The notes below the pieces were generated by a model, which saw only the letters and a program-made list of their open reading frames with translations, did not search any database and was not told where the DNA came from. Of a stretch of 64,000 bases of DNA, positions 40,646 to 48,956 are shown piece by piece. How positions within the stretch are numbered: the first letter of the stretch is position 1; each line of letters opens with the position of its first letter. A program made the translations under genes and the position numbers. The DNA is from a virus. The stretch is from the IMG/VR virus record IMGVR_UViG_3300021963_000029, positions 96,001 to 160,000 of that record; one strand, 5' to 3'.

Positions 40646-40797
40646 CAGTATACCTCATCATAGTCTTCAGTAAAAGGAGTTACCATAGCATTTTCTTCTG
40701 TTGTAATTTGCATAGGAGGTCCTTCTATTTCATACTTTAAAGATTGCACTAGAAGTTCCATGTTTCTAACAATCATTCTAACCTTTTCTCTATCCAT
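40645..40797 (-). CDS. small hypothetical protein (50 aa)
   Basis: Hand translation MDREKVRMIVRNMELLVQSLKYEIE...DYDEVY; coupled to the next ORF. Confidence 0.65.
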   Translation of the reverse strand: MDREKVRMIVRNMELLVQSLKYEIEGPPMQITTEENAMVTPFTEDYDEVY

Positions 40798-40827
40798 AAA
40801 AATGTATAGTCTCAATCAATTTTACAT

Positions 40828-40860
40828 AAAAAAAGGGGGAAAGTCAATCCCCCCTTTTAA
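40828..40860 (-). terminator. intrinsic terminator after riboswitch micro-operon
   Basis: AAAAGGGGG...CCCCCTTTT followed by further Ts. Confidence 0.8.
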
Positions 40861-40862
40861 TC

Positions 40863-40964
40863 TTAGGCAACTTGTGGTTGCTTTGCCATGTTAATTTGTG
40901 CAGCATGAAGGAGTTTTTCCTTCTTATCTTTTCTCTTAAGATATCTTACAAAATAGGTATTCAT
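40863..40964 (-). CDS. micro-protein (33 aa) MNTYFVRYLKRKDKKEKLLHAAQINMAKQPQVA
   Basis: GGAGG SD, ATGA overlap with the upstream ORF, terminator directly downstream. Confidence 0.6.
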   Translation of the reverse strand: MNTYFVRYLKRKDKKEKLLHAAQINMAKQPQVA

Positions 40965-41125
40965 TTTGCTTCCTCCCAATTCCAGTTATTGCATGGACGA
41001 TAGGCAACACCACGATACTTATTATGTGGATGTGCTGGTGCATGGGTCTCAGAATACCAATGTAGATATTCTTCTTTGGGTGCATCAGTATTATACTTGC
41101 ACCCACGATATGTGGCTTGTGACAT
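40961..41125 (-). CDS. DUF4278-like small protein (54 aa, two YRG motifs)
   Basis: MSQATYRGCKYNTD...NKYRGVAYRP; AAGGAG SD. Confidence 0.75.
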   Translation of the reverse strand: MSQATYRGCKYNTDAPKEEYLHWYSETHAPAHPHNKYRGVAYRPCNNWNWEEAK

Positions 41126-41151
41126 GGATTTGCTCCTTTACTAATGTAAAA

Positions 41152-41209
41152 GTGCGTTCCTTCGGTATCCCTACTTCCGTTTGCTATTTGCAAATAGCAA
41201 ATGAACGTG
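41152..41209 (-). ncRNA. glutamine riboswitch (glnA RNA motif)
   Basis: CGUUCA-[UUUGCUAUUUGCAAAUAGCAAA]-CGGAAGUAGG-GAUA-CCGAAGGAACGC matches the glnA-motif architecture; upstream of a DUF4278-like ORF. Confidence 0.85.
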
Positions 41210-41249
41210 CTTTATCTATAAGGATAATTTTGTAATTTTTGATACAGTT

Positions 41250-41576
41250 TTAATCTCTCTGTCTCCAATCATCTGGTTTGTCTCTGCCATCAGTGAAGAA
41301 ATCTACAATCTCATCTACACTATTGAATCTATTGACACCAAATCTTTCATTTCCTGTGCCACCAATGTCAAGTTGATTCAAAAAATCATCCATATCTCCT
41401 TCCTTCATGTCAGGATTTTCTGCTGTTCTTCTTGCTTGTCTAAGTATTGTTCCAGCAGTTCTATTTACCTTTGCTAATTTCTCTGCCCATATCATGTCTT
41501 CTAAACTTACTTCCTCATGCTTAACTATTCTTTCACAGATTGCTTCTAGACGAAGACGATATTGGGTAGAAAGCAT
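41250..41576 (-). CDS. conserved hypothetical cyanophage protein
   Basis: MLSTQYRLRLEAIC...DMIWAEKLAK...LRQARR...DDFLN.LD.G...RQRD. Confidence 0.75.
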   Translation of the reverse strand: MLSTQYRLRLEAICERIVKHEEVSLEDMIWAEKLAKVNRTAGTILRQARRTAENPDMKEGDMDDFLNQLDIGGTGNERFGVNRFNSVDEIVDFFTDGRDKPDDWRQRD

Positions 41577-41606
41577 ACAACTCTCCTGATATACTGGTAT
41601 TTAGTG

Positions 41607-41933
41607 TTATCTCTCTATGTAACTGAGGGTATGACTTTGAGCAAAAAGTTGATGAATGATCATATCGCATCCAATCTTTGGGTTACAATCTCCACATGTG
41701 TAAACATCTACTGCTGCCTTACCTTCTTCTGGCCATGTATGGATACTAATATGACTTTCAGAAAGCAAACAAATCACAGTGACTCCTTGTGGATCAAACT
41801 TTTTTGAGATAGTCTGAACCACAGTTGCACCGCTTGCTATTGCTGCACACTCTAATAGATCTATAAGACATTGTTCATTATCTAAAAGAACAAATGAGCA
41901 ACCATATAAGTTTAACAGATAATGTTTGCCCAT
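41607..41933 (-). CDS. speD: S-adenosylmethionine decarboxylase proenzyme (SpeD family)
   Basis: F.PQGVT...LL.ESHISIHTWPE.G.AA.DV.TCG. Confidence 0.93.
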   Translation of the reverse strand: MGKHYLLNLYGCSFVLLDNEQCLIDLLECAAIASGATVVQTISKKFDPQGVTVICLLSESHISIHTWPEEGKAAVDVYTCGDCNPKIGCDMIIHQLFAQSHTLSYIER

Positions 41934-41934
41934 T

Positions 41935-42189
41935 TCACTTCTTCTTTTTGCTAGTTGTTGACCCCCAAAGTTTAGGGTTTACTCTTCCTTCTGTTTGTTT
42001 AAAACTAATTAAATCTTCTCTATATTTGTCCCAGTAATAATCAAAGATATCTACTTTTTTATTTGCAATTACAATGTCATAAGTATTTTGATCATTATCA
42101 TAATACTCAACTATGTACGCAGTATATGGTAATGACCTATCATTAGCAAGTTCTGGGTCACAATTTTTGTGAATAATTCTTACTGTCAA
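41935..42189 (-). CDS. conserved hypothetical cyanophage protein
   Basis: 84 aa: CDP..ANDRSLP..AY.VEY...D.FD.YWD.Y...GR.NPKLW. Confidence 0.7.
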   Translation of the reverse strand: MTVRIIHKNCDPELANDRSLPYTAYIVEYYDNDQNTYDIVIANKKVDIFDYYWDKYREDLISFKQTEGRVNPKLWGSTTSKKKK

Positions 42190-42206
42190 TTCCTGTGCCT
42201 CCCACC

Positions 42207-42644
42207 TTATGATGAGAATGCTATCTCAGGAAATGCATCTTGCACTACTGCCTTAGTAATTTTAAACCTTTTATGGATCTGCTTATCCTTCATAAGACAA
42301 ACAAGTTCTGCTTCAGAAGAATGAAGTGCTTCTAGAAGCTGAATAAACATAATTTCTTTTTTCATCTTTGTGGTGTTAGTAACACCTTTAACAAAGTGAT
42401 TAAACTTTCTCCATTCATGAGAAAGTTTACTATGTTCTGTTCCCTCAGGGGCATCATTTGGAGTGTAAGGCACATCCCCATCAGGAAGATCTGACTGGAC
42501 CTTATCCTCAAAATTCCAAATAAGAACTGCTCTTAGAGCAGGTGTATCATAGTGTCTTAAAATTTGTATTTTTTCGTCTCTAGTTTTAGCATTAGAAACT
42601 CTTTGAATAACTTCAGACACCAATTGATTTGGTGGCAATTTCAT
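42207..42644 (-). CDS. conserved hypothetical T4-like phage protein (DUF6433-like)
   Basis: LIWNF....S.LP.G.VPY..ND.P.GT.H..L..E...F..F.KG...FIQLLE.LH..EA. Confidence 0.7.
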   Translation of the reverse strand: MKLPPNQLVSEVIQRVSNAKTRDEKIQILRHYDTPALRAVLIWNFEDKVQSDLPDGDVPYTPNDAPEGTEHSKLSHEWRKFNHFVKGVTNTTKMKKEIMFIQLLEALHSSEAELVCLMKDKQIHKRFKITKAVVQDAFPEIAFSS

Positions 42645-42660
42645 AAATTCATCTCCTTAA

Positions 42661-42876
42661 TTAATCTTCAGGTTCGTCCTCCTCTAGATCTCCTTCAAAT
42701 CTAAAGGCAATAATTTCATCAGGAATAACATTTCCATCTTCATCATACATCTCAGGATGTAACTTAGCAATCTGTTGAGACCAAGTATGTTCTCTATAAA
42801 CCCATCCAACTAATCCCCCAACCACCATTGACATTACAAAAAACATTACAGAAAAAACTAGGGTAACTGCTATCAT
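42661..42876 (-). CDS. small membrane protein
   Basis: N-terminal hydrophobic helix, then HPEMYDEDGN. Confidence 0.7.
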   Translation of the reverse strand: MIAVTLVFSVMFFVMSMVVGGLVGWVYREHTWSQQIAKLHPEMYDEDGNVIPDEIIAFRFEGDLEEDEPED

Positions 42877-42887
42877 TGTCCTACTCC

Positions 42888-43070
42888 TTATTGACTGGGT
42901 TTCCTTATGTTTAAGGAAAAATTAAAGGAGATGGTTACTTCCCTTTTAAAGAAGGAAACCATCTTTTCAAAATTAAATGAAAATGTTTTTGGATTTGGTC
43001 TCCTCCTTCTTAAAATTAGTTCAACACCCCTGTTAATATCAGGAGTACTTGCATTATTTATAGGGGTCAT
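42888..43070 (-). CDS. small hypothetical protein
   Basis: Likely start at the second Met (MTPINN...), coupled to the glutaredoxin stop. Confidence 0.6.
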   Translation of the reverse strand: MTPINNASTPDINRGVELILRRRRPNPKTFSFNFEKMVSFFKREVTISFNFSLNIRKPSQ

Positions 43071-43318
43071 CAAAGGAGATTTTGTTCCATAAGATACTTT
43101 ACTGTATCTGAACACCCACCAAGATGGGTTTCTCCCATGACAACTTGAGGGAAAGTAGATCCCTCCCCAAACTCTGCATAGAATTCTTCTCTGGTAAAAT
43201 CAGTTCCTAACTCATAACAAATTACAGGAGAACCTTTTCTAACACTAAGGTCAGATAGGACTGCCTTAACTTTATCACAATAAGGACAACCCTTTTTGCT
43301 GTAAACTGTGAAATTCAT
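43070..43318 (-). CDS. grx: glutaredoxin (NrdC-like)
   Basis: CPYC active site, TFPQV, GG.SD. Confidence 0.93.
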   Translation of the reverse strand: MNFTVYSKKGCPYCDKVKAVLSDLSVRKGSPVICYELGTDFTREEFYAEFGEGSTFPQVVMGETHLGGCSDTVKYLMEQNLL

Positions 43319-43322
43319 AACT

Positions 43323-44588
43323 TTAAATTCTTACTGGATGTGGTCTACGTTTGTCTGATTTAACAGCACATAACCATGCTGTTGTTACTGCTATATTATC
43401 TTCCCACCAATTAGTTTCAAGTCTAAACTCTTGGAATCTAATTGTGGTGTTTCTAATAAATTGTGCTTTGTCTGCTCTGGTGTAATACCAGAAACTATTT
43501 TGATTCCAAAAACTCACATGGGTTGGATCTTGCCATGCTCCTCTACCATCAGTAGAAGGAACTTCAATGAATGCCCAACCACCATCACAAAGAACCCTGT
43601 GGATCTCACTCATTGATTTGACTGGATCCTTTAGGTGCTCAAGTACATGACTTGCATTGATAACACCAACACTATTATCTGGCAGAGGAATACCATCATT
43701 AAGATCACAAATAATGTCAGCACCACACTGATCAATTGTCACATATCCTGGTCTTGGGAAAAGACCACCACCAATATCAACTTTCATCAGACCTTTTAGA
43801 TCTGCATCTCTTTCTGCAAGAGCTTGTCCATATTGATGGAACAGTTCAAATGTTTTAATTTGAATGTCATCAATTCTTTCAGTTTGTGTGTTGTTGTTAT
43901 CAGGAAGCCATCTATAATAATATAGGATCTTATCAATGAAGTGAAACTTAGTATTCAAATAAGATCTAATTACTAATTCATGATCATCACAAATATTCAG
44001 ATCAGGATTATGTCCACCAATCTGATGATAGAAACTGGTTCTCCATGCTCTTACATGATCAGGAGCATACCAAATAATACCAATACTATGACTAGTAGCA
44101 GGAAAACTGTCAATCTTCATGAACTGTTCTCCTCTGAATTCCACCCACTTATGGGTCCACCCATTAGCAGCATTCCAAGGGATTTTATATTCATCCCCTC
44201 TCATATCATAAAGAAGATCTTCACTGTATGCAAATCCAACCTCAGGATCTTGGAAAGCATTATTAAGTTCTTCAAGACAATCTAAAGTCAACAGATCATC
44301 ATGATCTACTTCAACAAGAACATCTCCCCTTCCTAAAAAGAAAGCTTTGTTTTTAATAAACCCAACATTTGGATTAGTAATACCAGTGTGAATTCTAACC
44401 TTAGGGTGATCTCTAATTTCTTGAGGAATATGATGGAGTTTACAATCTCCATTTAAATACAAAACCCATTCCCAATTTTCATAGGTTTGGTCACGAATAG
44501 TTTCATACAATTCCAATAAGAAAGGCATGTTCTTAGAGCTATGCTCTGGTGTGATGATGCTAAATTTGTGATTAATCATATCAATCAA
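43323..44588 (-). CDS. GT2 glycosyltransferase fused to class I SAM methyltransferase
   Basis: FSIITP...EVDHDD (GT-A); DIGGG..., HVLEHL, EIHRVL..GG, DPTH (MTase). Confidence 0.85.
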   Translation of the reverse strand: MIDMINHKFSIITPEHSSKNMPFLLELYETIRDQTYENWEWVLYLNGDCKLHHIPQEIRDHPKVRIHTGITNPNVGFIKNKAFFLGRGDVLVEVDHDDLLTLDCLEELNNAFQDPEVGFAYSEDLLYDMRGDEYKIPWNAANGWTHKWVEFRGEQFMKIDSFPATSHSIGIIWYAPDHVRAWRTSFYHQIGGHNPDLNICDDHELVIRSYLNTKFHFIDKILYYYRWLPDNNNTQTERIDDIQIKTFELFHQYGQALAERDADLKGLMKVDIGGGLFPRPGYVTIDQCGADIICDLNDGIPLPDNSVGVINASHVLEHLKDPVKSMSEIHRVLCDGGWAFIEVPSTDGRGAWQDPTHVSFWNQNSFWYYTRADKAQFIRNTTIRFQEFRLETNWWEDNIAVTTAWLCAVKSDKRRPHPVRI

Positions 44589-45162
44589 AAAAGAAAATGT
44601 GAAATAGTCTAGAGTCTTCTATCTGTGTCCCAAAGTATTCTGATGCAGCATGAATACATTTAGCATCAAATATAACCAACCTATTAAAAATATTCCCAAC
44701 TACATCTACTAATCTAAATTTAGTTTTATCATAAAACCCACCAGTAAATGCTTGATCAGAGTTAGGATCTGATTCCTGTCTAGCCCCATTTTCATGAGCA
44801 TAAAAAGATGTTCCACACTGATATGGAGCATTAGGTGTTAAGTATACCATGCCAGCCCAGGTTTGTAAATCCCAGTGGTAAACTAAAGAATCTTGGGGAG
44901 TGCAGTATTGGAACTTTCCACACATGCCATACTCTTCCCAAACTTTAAGTTTGGTTCCCATAATTGCTTCTATTGCTCTTTTTGTTCCTGGAACAAAATG
45001 TTGATCTATAGTTCTTCTACCTTTATACCATTCAGATTGATCTTCATATTGTTGCTGCAAAGCGTATTCTCTTACAGCATAAGGATCAGAATAAAAGTTA
45101 TCAACTATCCAAATCTTTTTATTGTATGATGGATTGACTGTACTATTTGTTAAGAACTTCAT
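44581..45162 (-). CDS. DUF6445-like 2OG-Fe(II) oxygenase
   Basis: IVDNFY.DP..VRE, H-W-D, WAGMVYL.P, FNRLVIF...H, RL..FFF. Confidence 0.75.
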   Translation of the reverse strand: MKFLTNSTVNPSYNKKIWIVDNFYSDPYAVREYALQQQYEDQSEWYKGRRTIDQHFVPGTKRAIEAIMGTKLKVWEEYGMCGKFQYCTPQDSLVYHWDLQTWAGMVYLTPNAPYQCGTSFYAHENGARQESDPNSDQAFTGGFYDKTKFRLVDVVGNIFNRLVIFDAKCIHAASEYFGTQIEDSRLFHIFFFD

Positions 45163-46297
45163 TATTATACCTCTCTATTTTTTCCATTGCTACATTCTTT
45201 AAATGCTCTAGGTAATTTCCTGTATCATAATAACAGTTATTGTCAATCAAAAACATAAATTCAGGGAAAGGATTTTTTCTTTCTTCTGTTGTGATGTAGT
45301 TTAACATTCCTATGGCAGTTGTTGGATCATCCTGTTCCAAACAAATTTCAATTAATCTAACTAAATGTTCATTCCTTCTGGGACAAAACTTTCCAGCTCT
45401 ATTAAAAAACTCAATGGAAGTTTCTAAGTCTCCAAGTTCTTTAGAAACATGGGCACAAAGATACATGGCAAAATAACCAAATTCATCTATCCTAGTTGGA
45501 ACAGAAGTTTCTCTATATCCTTCATGGTTATGACAAACATATTCATAAAAATAATAGACTGCTCTTCTAGCATACTCTTCTTGTTGACTTTTTCCTAAAG
45601 GAAAATTGTTATAAAAATGGGCATCAAAATAACTCTTACCAACATACCAAAAATGATAGTTGTCTGTTAGTAATGTATTTTCTCTTATTAACTGCTCTTC
45701 TAATTTAAGAGCATCACTTACATACTTTGTTGGACTAGAATAACTTTCACCATCATTAGTCCCTATGTGCCTGAAAGATTTAGGAAGATTAACTCTTTGG
45801 AAGTTCTCTCCAATACCATCAATCTCTAGAGAAATTGTTTCATGAATTAAATCATGATTAAATTTCCAAGGCATTCTGGAATTCCAAATCCATGCTCTGT
45901 AGTAGGTAATACCTGGAGCAATAGATGGGACATGAAAACTTTGAATGGAAGTATCATTAAAAATTGTCCAATCAAAATCATTATCAACTTCCATATATTC
46001 ATCACAGTCCATTTTCATGATCCAATCACAACCATGGTCTGTCTTTAAGCATGTCTGTAATAGATGATCTCTATTCCATCCAAAGCTTACCCACCCCTCA
46101 TCAACTTGATAGATGAATCCTGGAACTGGGTGCTCTTCAAAAAAATCCCTAACAACTTCTGGGGTTCCATCTGTTGATCCATTGTCCTGAAATACCCAGT
46201 AATCAATATACTTATAAGAAGATTCCAACATCCTGCGAATGGTTTTTGCCTCATTCTTGAACATTGTAATCATTACAATTTTAGTTGTCTTGTTCAT
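45143..46297 (-). CDS. GT2 glycosyltransferase with TPR-like C-terminus
   Basis: MFKNEA..I.R.L.S....D...QDNGSTDGT, MDCDE, HE.I; helical C-terminus ending P.R.EHL. Confidence 0.85.
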   Translation of the reverse strand: MNKTTKIVMITMFKNEAKTIRRMLESSYKYIDYWVFQDNGSTDGTPEVVRDFFEEHPVPGFIYQVDEGWVSFGWNRDHLLQTCLKTDHGCDWIMKMDCDEYMEVDNDFDWTIFNDTSIQSFHVPSIAPGITYYRAWIWNSRMPWKFNHDLIHETISLEIDGIGENFQRVNLPKSFRHIGTNDGESYSSPTKYVSDALKLEEQLIRENTLLTDNYHFWYVGKSYFDAHFYNNFPLGKSQQEEYARRAVYYFYEYVCHNHEGYRETSVPTRIDEFGYFAMYLCAHVSKELGDLETSIEFFNRAGKFCPRRNEHLVRLIEICLEQDDPTTAIGMLNYITTEERKNPFPEFMFLIDNNCYYDTGNYLEHLKNVAMEKIERYNNEVLNK

Positions 46298-46995
46298 GCA
46301 GATCTTCTCTCAATTAATTCTAAGATTTCAGGATTGTATCTTTGATCACCATATGGAGAATACAATGCTCTCTTTCTTTCCTCTACATCAGGAGGTGGAT
46401 CAGTCAAATAATAAAAAGCAATACTCTTTCTATACGCTCCTTCAGGACATGTTAATGGTTCTGGGAATCCATGCCATGATTTTTGAGTAGTATCAAAAAG
46501 AACTGCTCTATTAAATACATTTTCTATGACAACTCTTTTGTCTTTTGGTCTATTAATTCTAGTATCATGTGTCCAAAGTTCTAGTCCACCTCCCCATTCA
46601 GGATTCCAATCTTCTGTTAAGTATAAAATTAAATTTAATTTTCTTTGAAGATTTAATTTTGGATGAAGAGAGTAGTCTAGATGCACATTTAGTTTACCAC
46701 CTGTCCCATGAATATGCCACCCAGCTCCATGTAATCCTATATCAGGGTAAAGACTTTTGATTCCAGTTAGGTCTTTAATCTTTTGTACAAATTCTGATGA
46801 AGCAAGATACATGAAGAACTGATATGTCTTAGGAGGAAACTCCCACCAGTCATTGCATGTTTTTTTATTCTCTAATGCATTGTCATAGCAATACCATTTA
46901 GGATAATTGTAATCCATGAACTCACTAGAAAGTTGTCTAGCAATTTCTACAGAAGTAAAATTATCAATTACCCAATAATCAAAAGGTTCTTTCAT
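46294..46995 (-). CDS. 2OG-Fe(II) oxygenase (prolyl-4-hydroxylase-like)
   Basis: GG.LNVHLD (HxD), RKLNLILYL, GG.LELW, FNRAVLF...SWHG, RKSIA. Confidence 0.88.
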   Translation of the reverse strand: MKEPFDYWVIDNFTSVEIARQLSSEFMDYNYPKWYCYDNALENKKTCNDWWEFPPKTYQFFMYLASSEFVQKIKDLTGIKSLYPDIGLHGAGWHIHGTGGKLNVHLDYSLHPKLNLQRKLNLILYLTEDWNPEWGGGLELWTHDTRINRPKDKRVVIENVFNRAVLFDTTQKSWHGFPEPLTCPEGAYRKSIAFYYLTDPPPDVEERKRALYSPYGDQRYNPEILELIERRSA

Positions 46996-47561
46996 CAGTA
47001 TACTGTATTAAAGAAAAATGTTTGGAACAATCTACCACTGCTCATATCAGATCCAAAGTAATCTATAGAAGCATGATACAAACTTCCTGGATATAAGATC
47101 AATCTATTATATACATTCCCTATTCTATCAACTATTTCCCATTTAGTCATGTCATATGCATCTTCACCATGATCTTGATGCCCTACAGATCTCCTTTCAC
47201 CAGATGCTTTATGTTTGTATAGTGCAGTACCACCACTTAGGGGAGCATCTGGAGTTAGATAACAAACCCCAGCCCACATATTATTATAATCAGAGTGGAT
47301 CCAAGTCCTATCCATTGATGTGCATAACTGAAATGCTCCAGTGTATCCATCTCCCTGTTCATTGAGTAACCAATCAGTTACTCCTCCTGCTGCATGAGAT
47401 ACTAAAGCATTAATAACTTCCTTAAGACTATCATTAAGAAATGATTTTGTCCTAAGTCCAGGATAATTTCCTCTAACAGAAAACTCTTGGGATAAAGCAA
47501 ATGCCCTTACATCATCTGGATTATTATAAAAATCATCAGCAATAATAAGATTAACCTTCAT
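46995..47561 (-). CDS. DUF6445-like 2OG-Fe(II) oxygenase (paralog of 44581..45162)
   Basis: DDFYNNPDDVR, WIHSD, WAGVCYLTPDAP, YNRLILY...H, RLFQTFFF. Confidence 0.75.
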   Translation of the reverse strand: MKVNLIIADDFYNNPDDVRAFALSQEFSVRGNYPGLRTKSFLNDSLKEVINALVSHAAGGVTDWLLNEQGDGYTGAFQLCTSMDRTWIHSDYNNMWAGVCYLTPDAPLSGGTALYKHKASGERRSVGHQDHGEDAYDMTKWEIVDRIGNVYNRLILYPGSLYHASIDYFGSDMSSGRLFQTFFFNTVY

Positions 47562-48309
47562 TCCAATATGCTCCTGTTCTAGAACAATATTTTACATTAG
47601 GATCTATAGTTTTAAATCCTTCCCATCCAGGTTCTCCTTCTGCAACTCTCTTGCCATGAAAGTAATCACCAATATGATTGACCATCATGCCTCCTTCACT
47701 GGTCTTCAAAAGACCAGCACCTAAACCATACTTTCCTGCAAGATACTGAGCAATAACAGACTCTGAAGGATTGTATCCTGTCTCTTCTAAGATAGGTTCT
47801 TTAGCAATCCATGCTGGATACAATGACATCAACATCCAAAAATATGGAGTTGCTTTTTCATATCTATAATTCTTAAAGATTACATCATCTTCTTTTGCAC
47901 CAATATCTTCTGTCTCAAAAGTATACCAATTGTTTCTCTTCAATTGTATTTGAGAAAGAGTATTATCCTGTTGGAGAAGTTCAATCATATCCATTATTTT
48001 TAATGGATACATTACTTCAACATCATCTTCATGATGAAAGATATAATCATAGTCTCTTTGTTTAACCAAATCAAAAAGTTCTTGCCAGGTTTTTGTAATA
48101 CCTTGATTTTGTTCATGGAAAATAACTTCATTGTATCCATGAGATATTACAAATTCTGCCAGAGATTCATTGTCTCTACCAATAGGATAATCATCAATAA
48201 AAAGATGATGTACATCCAATCCACTAAAGTCTAACTTTTTGTTTGCATCAAATGTTTTCTTAAGGAACTCTACCCTATTGGTAGAGAAAACTACATGAAG
48301 TAATTTCAT
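47551..48309 (-). CDS. GT-A fold glycosyltransferase-like protein
   Basis: VVFSTNR.EFL.KT, FIDD, YDYIFHHEDD. Confidence 0.65.
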   Translation of the reverse strand: MKLLHVVFSTNRVEFLKKTFDANKKLDFSGLDVHHLFIDDYPIGRDNESLAEFVISHGYNEVIFHEQNQGITKTWQELFDLVKQRDYDYIFHHEDDVEVMYPLKIMDMIELLQQDNTLSQIQLKRNNWYTFETEDIGAKEDDVIFKNYRYEKATPYFWMLMSLYPAWIAKEPILEETGYNPSESVIAQYLAGKYGLGAGLLKTSEGGMMVNHIGDYFHGKRVAEGEPGWEGFKTIDPNVKYCSRTGAYWNEG

Positions 48310-48479
48310 TGGGATTCCATACTATCTGTATTATGTATCTTGATATTATTGTGCTTCCTCGCACAAATACCACGTGCATATGCACGTGTCATGCTGTTCA
48401 AATTAGAGCATGGTTGTTGAGATTCTCCACAGTAAGGACAAACTGATTCCTTTGGATCATCATACTTAAACTTGGTCAT
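48306..48479 (-). CDS. small Cys-rich hypothetical protein (57 aa)
   Basis: Hand translation ...VCPYCGESQQPC...AYARGIC...; ATGA-type coupling on both sides. Confidence 0.6.
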   Translation of the reverse strand: MTKFKYDDPKESVCPYCGESQQPCSNLNSMTRAYARGICARKHNNIKIHNTDSMESQ

Positions 48480-48805
48480 ACTACAACAGGTTGTCCTTCA
48501 CCTTCTGGAAGACTAATTTGTGGAAGTTTATTTCCTCTACCCCTTAAATTCCAAGGATCAACACCCTCTGGAATTGGATCATCCCACTTACCACCCAAAT
48601 CAACAATCTCATTTGTTGGTAATGCTTTAGGAACTTCAACATCAATCACTGGACTCATGAGTGTTTTGTTTTTTACAACTTCACGATTTGGCGTGTCCAG
48701 TCTCATCACCATTTTTGCATCTTCAAAACTACCACAATCACAAATTTTTTTATGAGTTCTTCTTTCTCTTACTGTGAAATAATCTTCACTGTTGTACTTG
48801 TTCAT
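48476..48805 (-). CDS. hypothetical cyanophage protein
   Basis: 109-aa ORF preceded by a promoter. Confidence 0.7.
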   Translation of the reverse strand: MNKYNSEDYFTVRERRTHKKICDCGSFEDAKMVMRLDTPNREVVKNKTLMSPVIDVEVPKALPTNEIVDLGGKWDDPIPEGVDPWNLRGRGNKLPQISLPEGEGQPVVV

Positions 48806-48914
48806 CTTCCTGTTCTTTTTCTTTATTATAGAGTGGTTGTGGTTTCCTGTAAAGGTTAGGCCAGGTATCCCTGATAATTTCTGCTAGTTTGTAAGGTGTT
48901 TCTGAAGTAATCAT
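48786..48914 (-). CDS. small hypothetical protein (42 aa) MITSETPYKLAEIIRDTWPNLYRKP...
   Basis: Hand translation; lies just after the psbD terminator. Confidence 0.55.
   Translation of the reverse strand: MITSETPYKLAEIIRDTWPNLYRKPQPLYNKEKEQEDEQVQQ
48825..48853 (-). promoter_or_regulatory. sigma70-type promoter upstream of the 109-aa gene and the GT/oxygenase cassette
   Basis: TTTACA-17 nt-TATAAT. Confidence 0.7.
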
Positions 48915-48920
48915 ATCGAC

Positions 48921-48944
48921 TAAAAAGGGGGTGAACCCACCCCC
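48921..48944 (-). terminator. intrinsic terminator after psbD
   Basis: GGGGGTG-GGTT-CACCCCC-TTTTT. Confidence 0.85.
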
Positions 48945-48956
48945 ATCTTGAGTAGT

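Noticed and set aside
40936-41235. 85-aa (minus) and 89-aa (plus) ORFs from the track
   Set aside because: They overlap the riboswitch and the better supported 54-aa and 33-aa ORFs.
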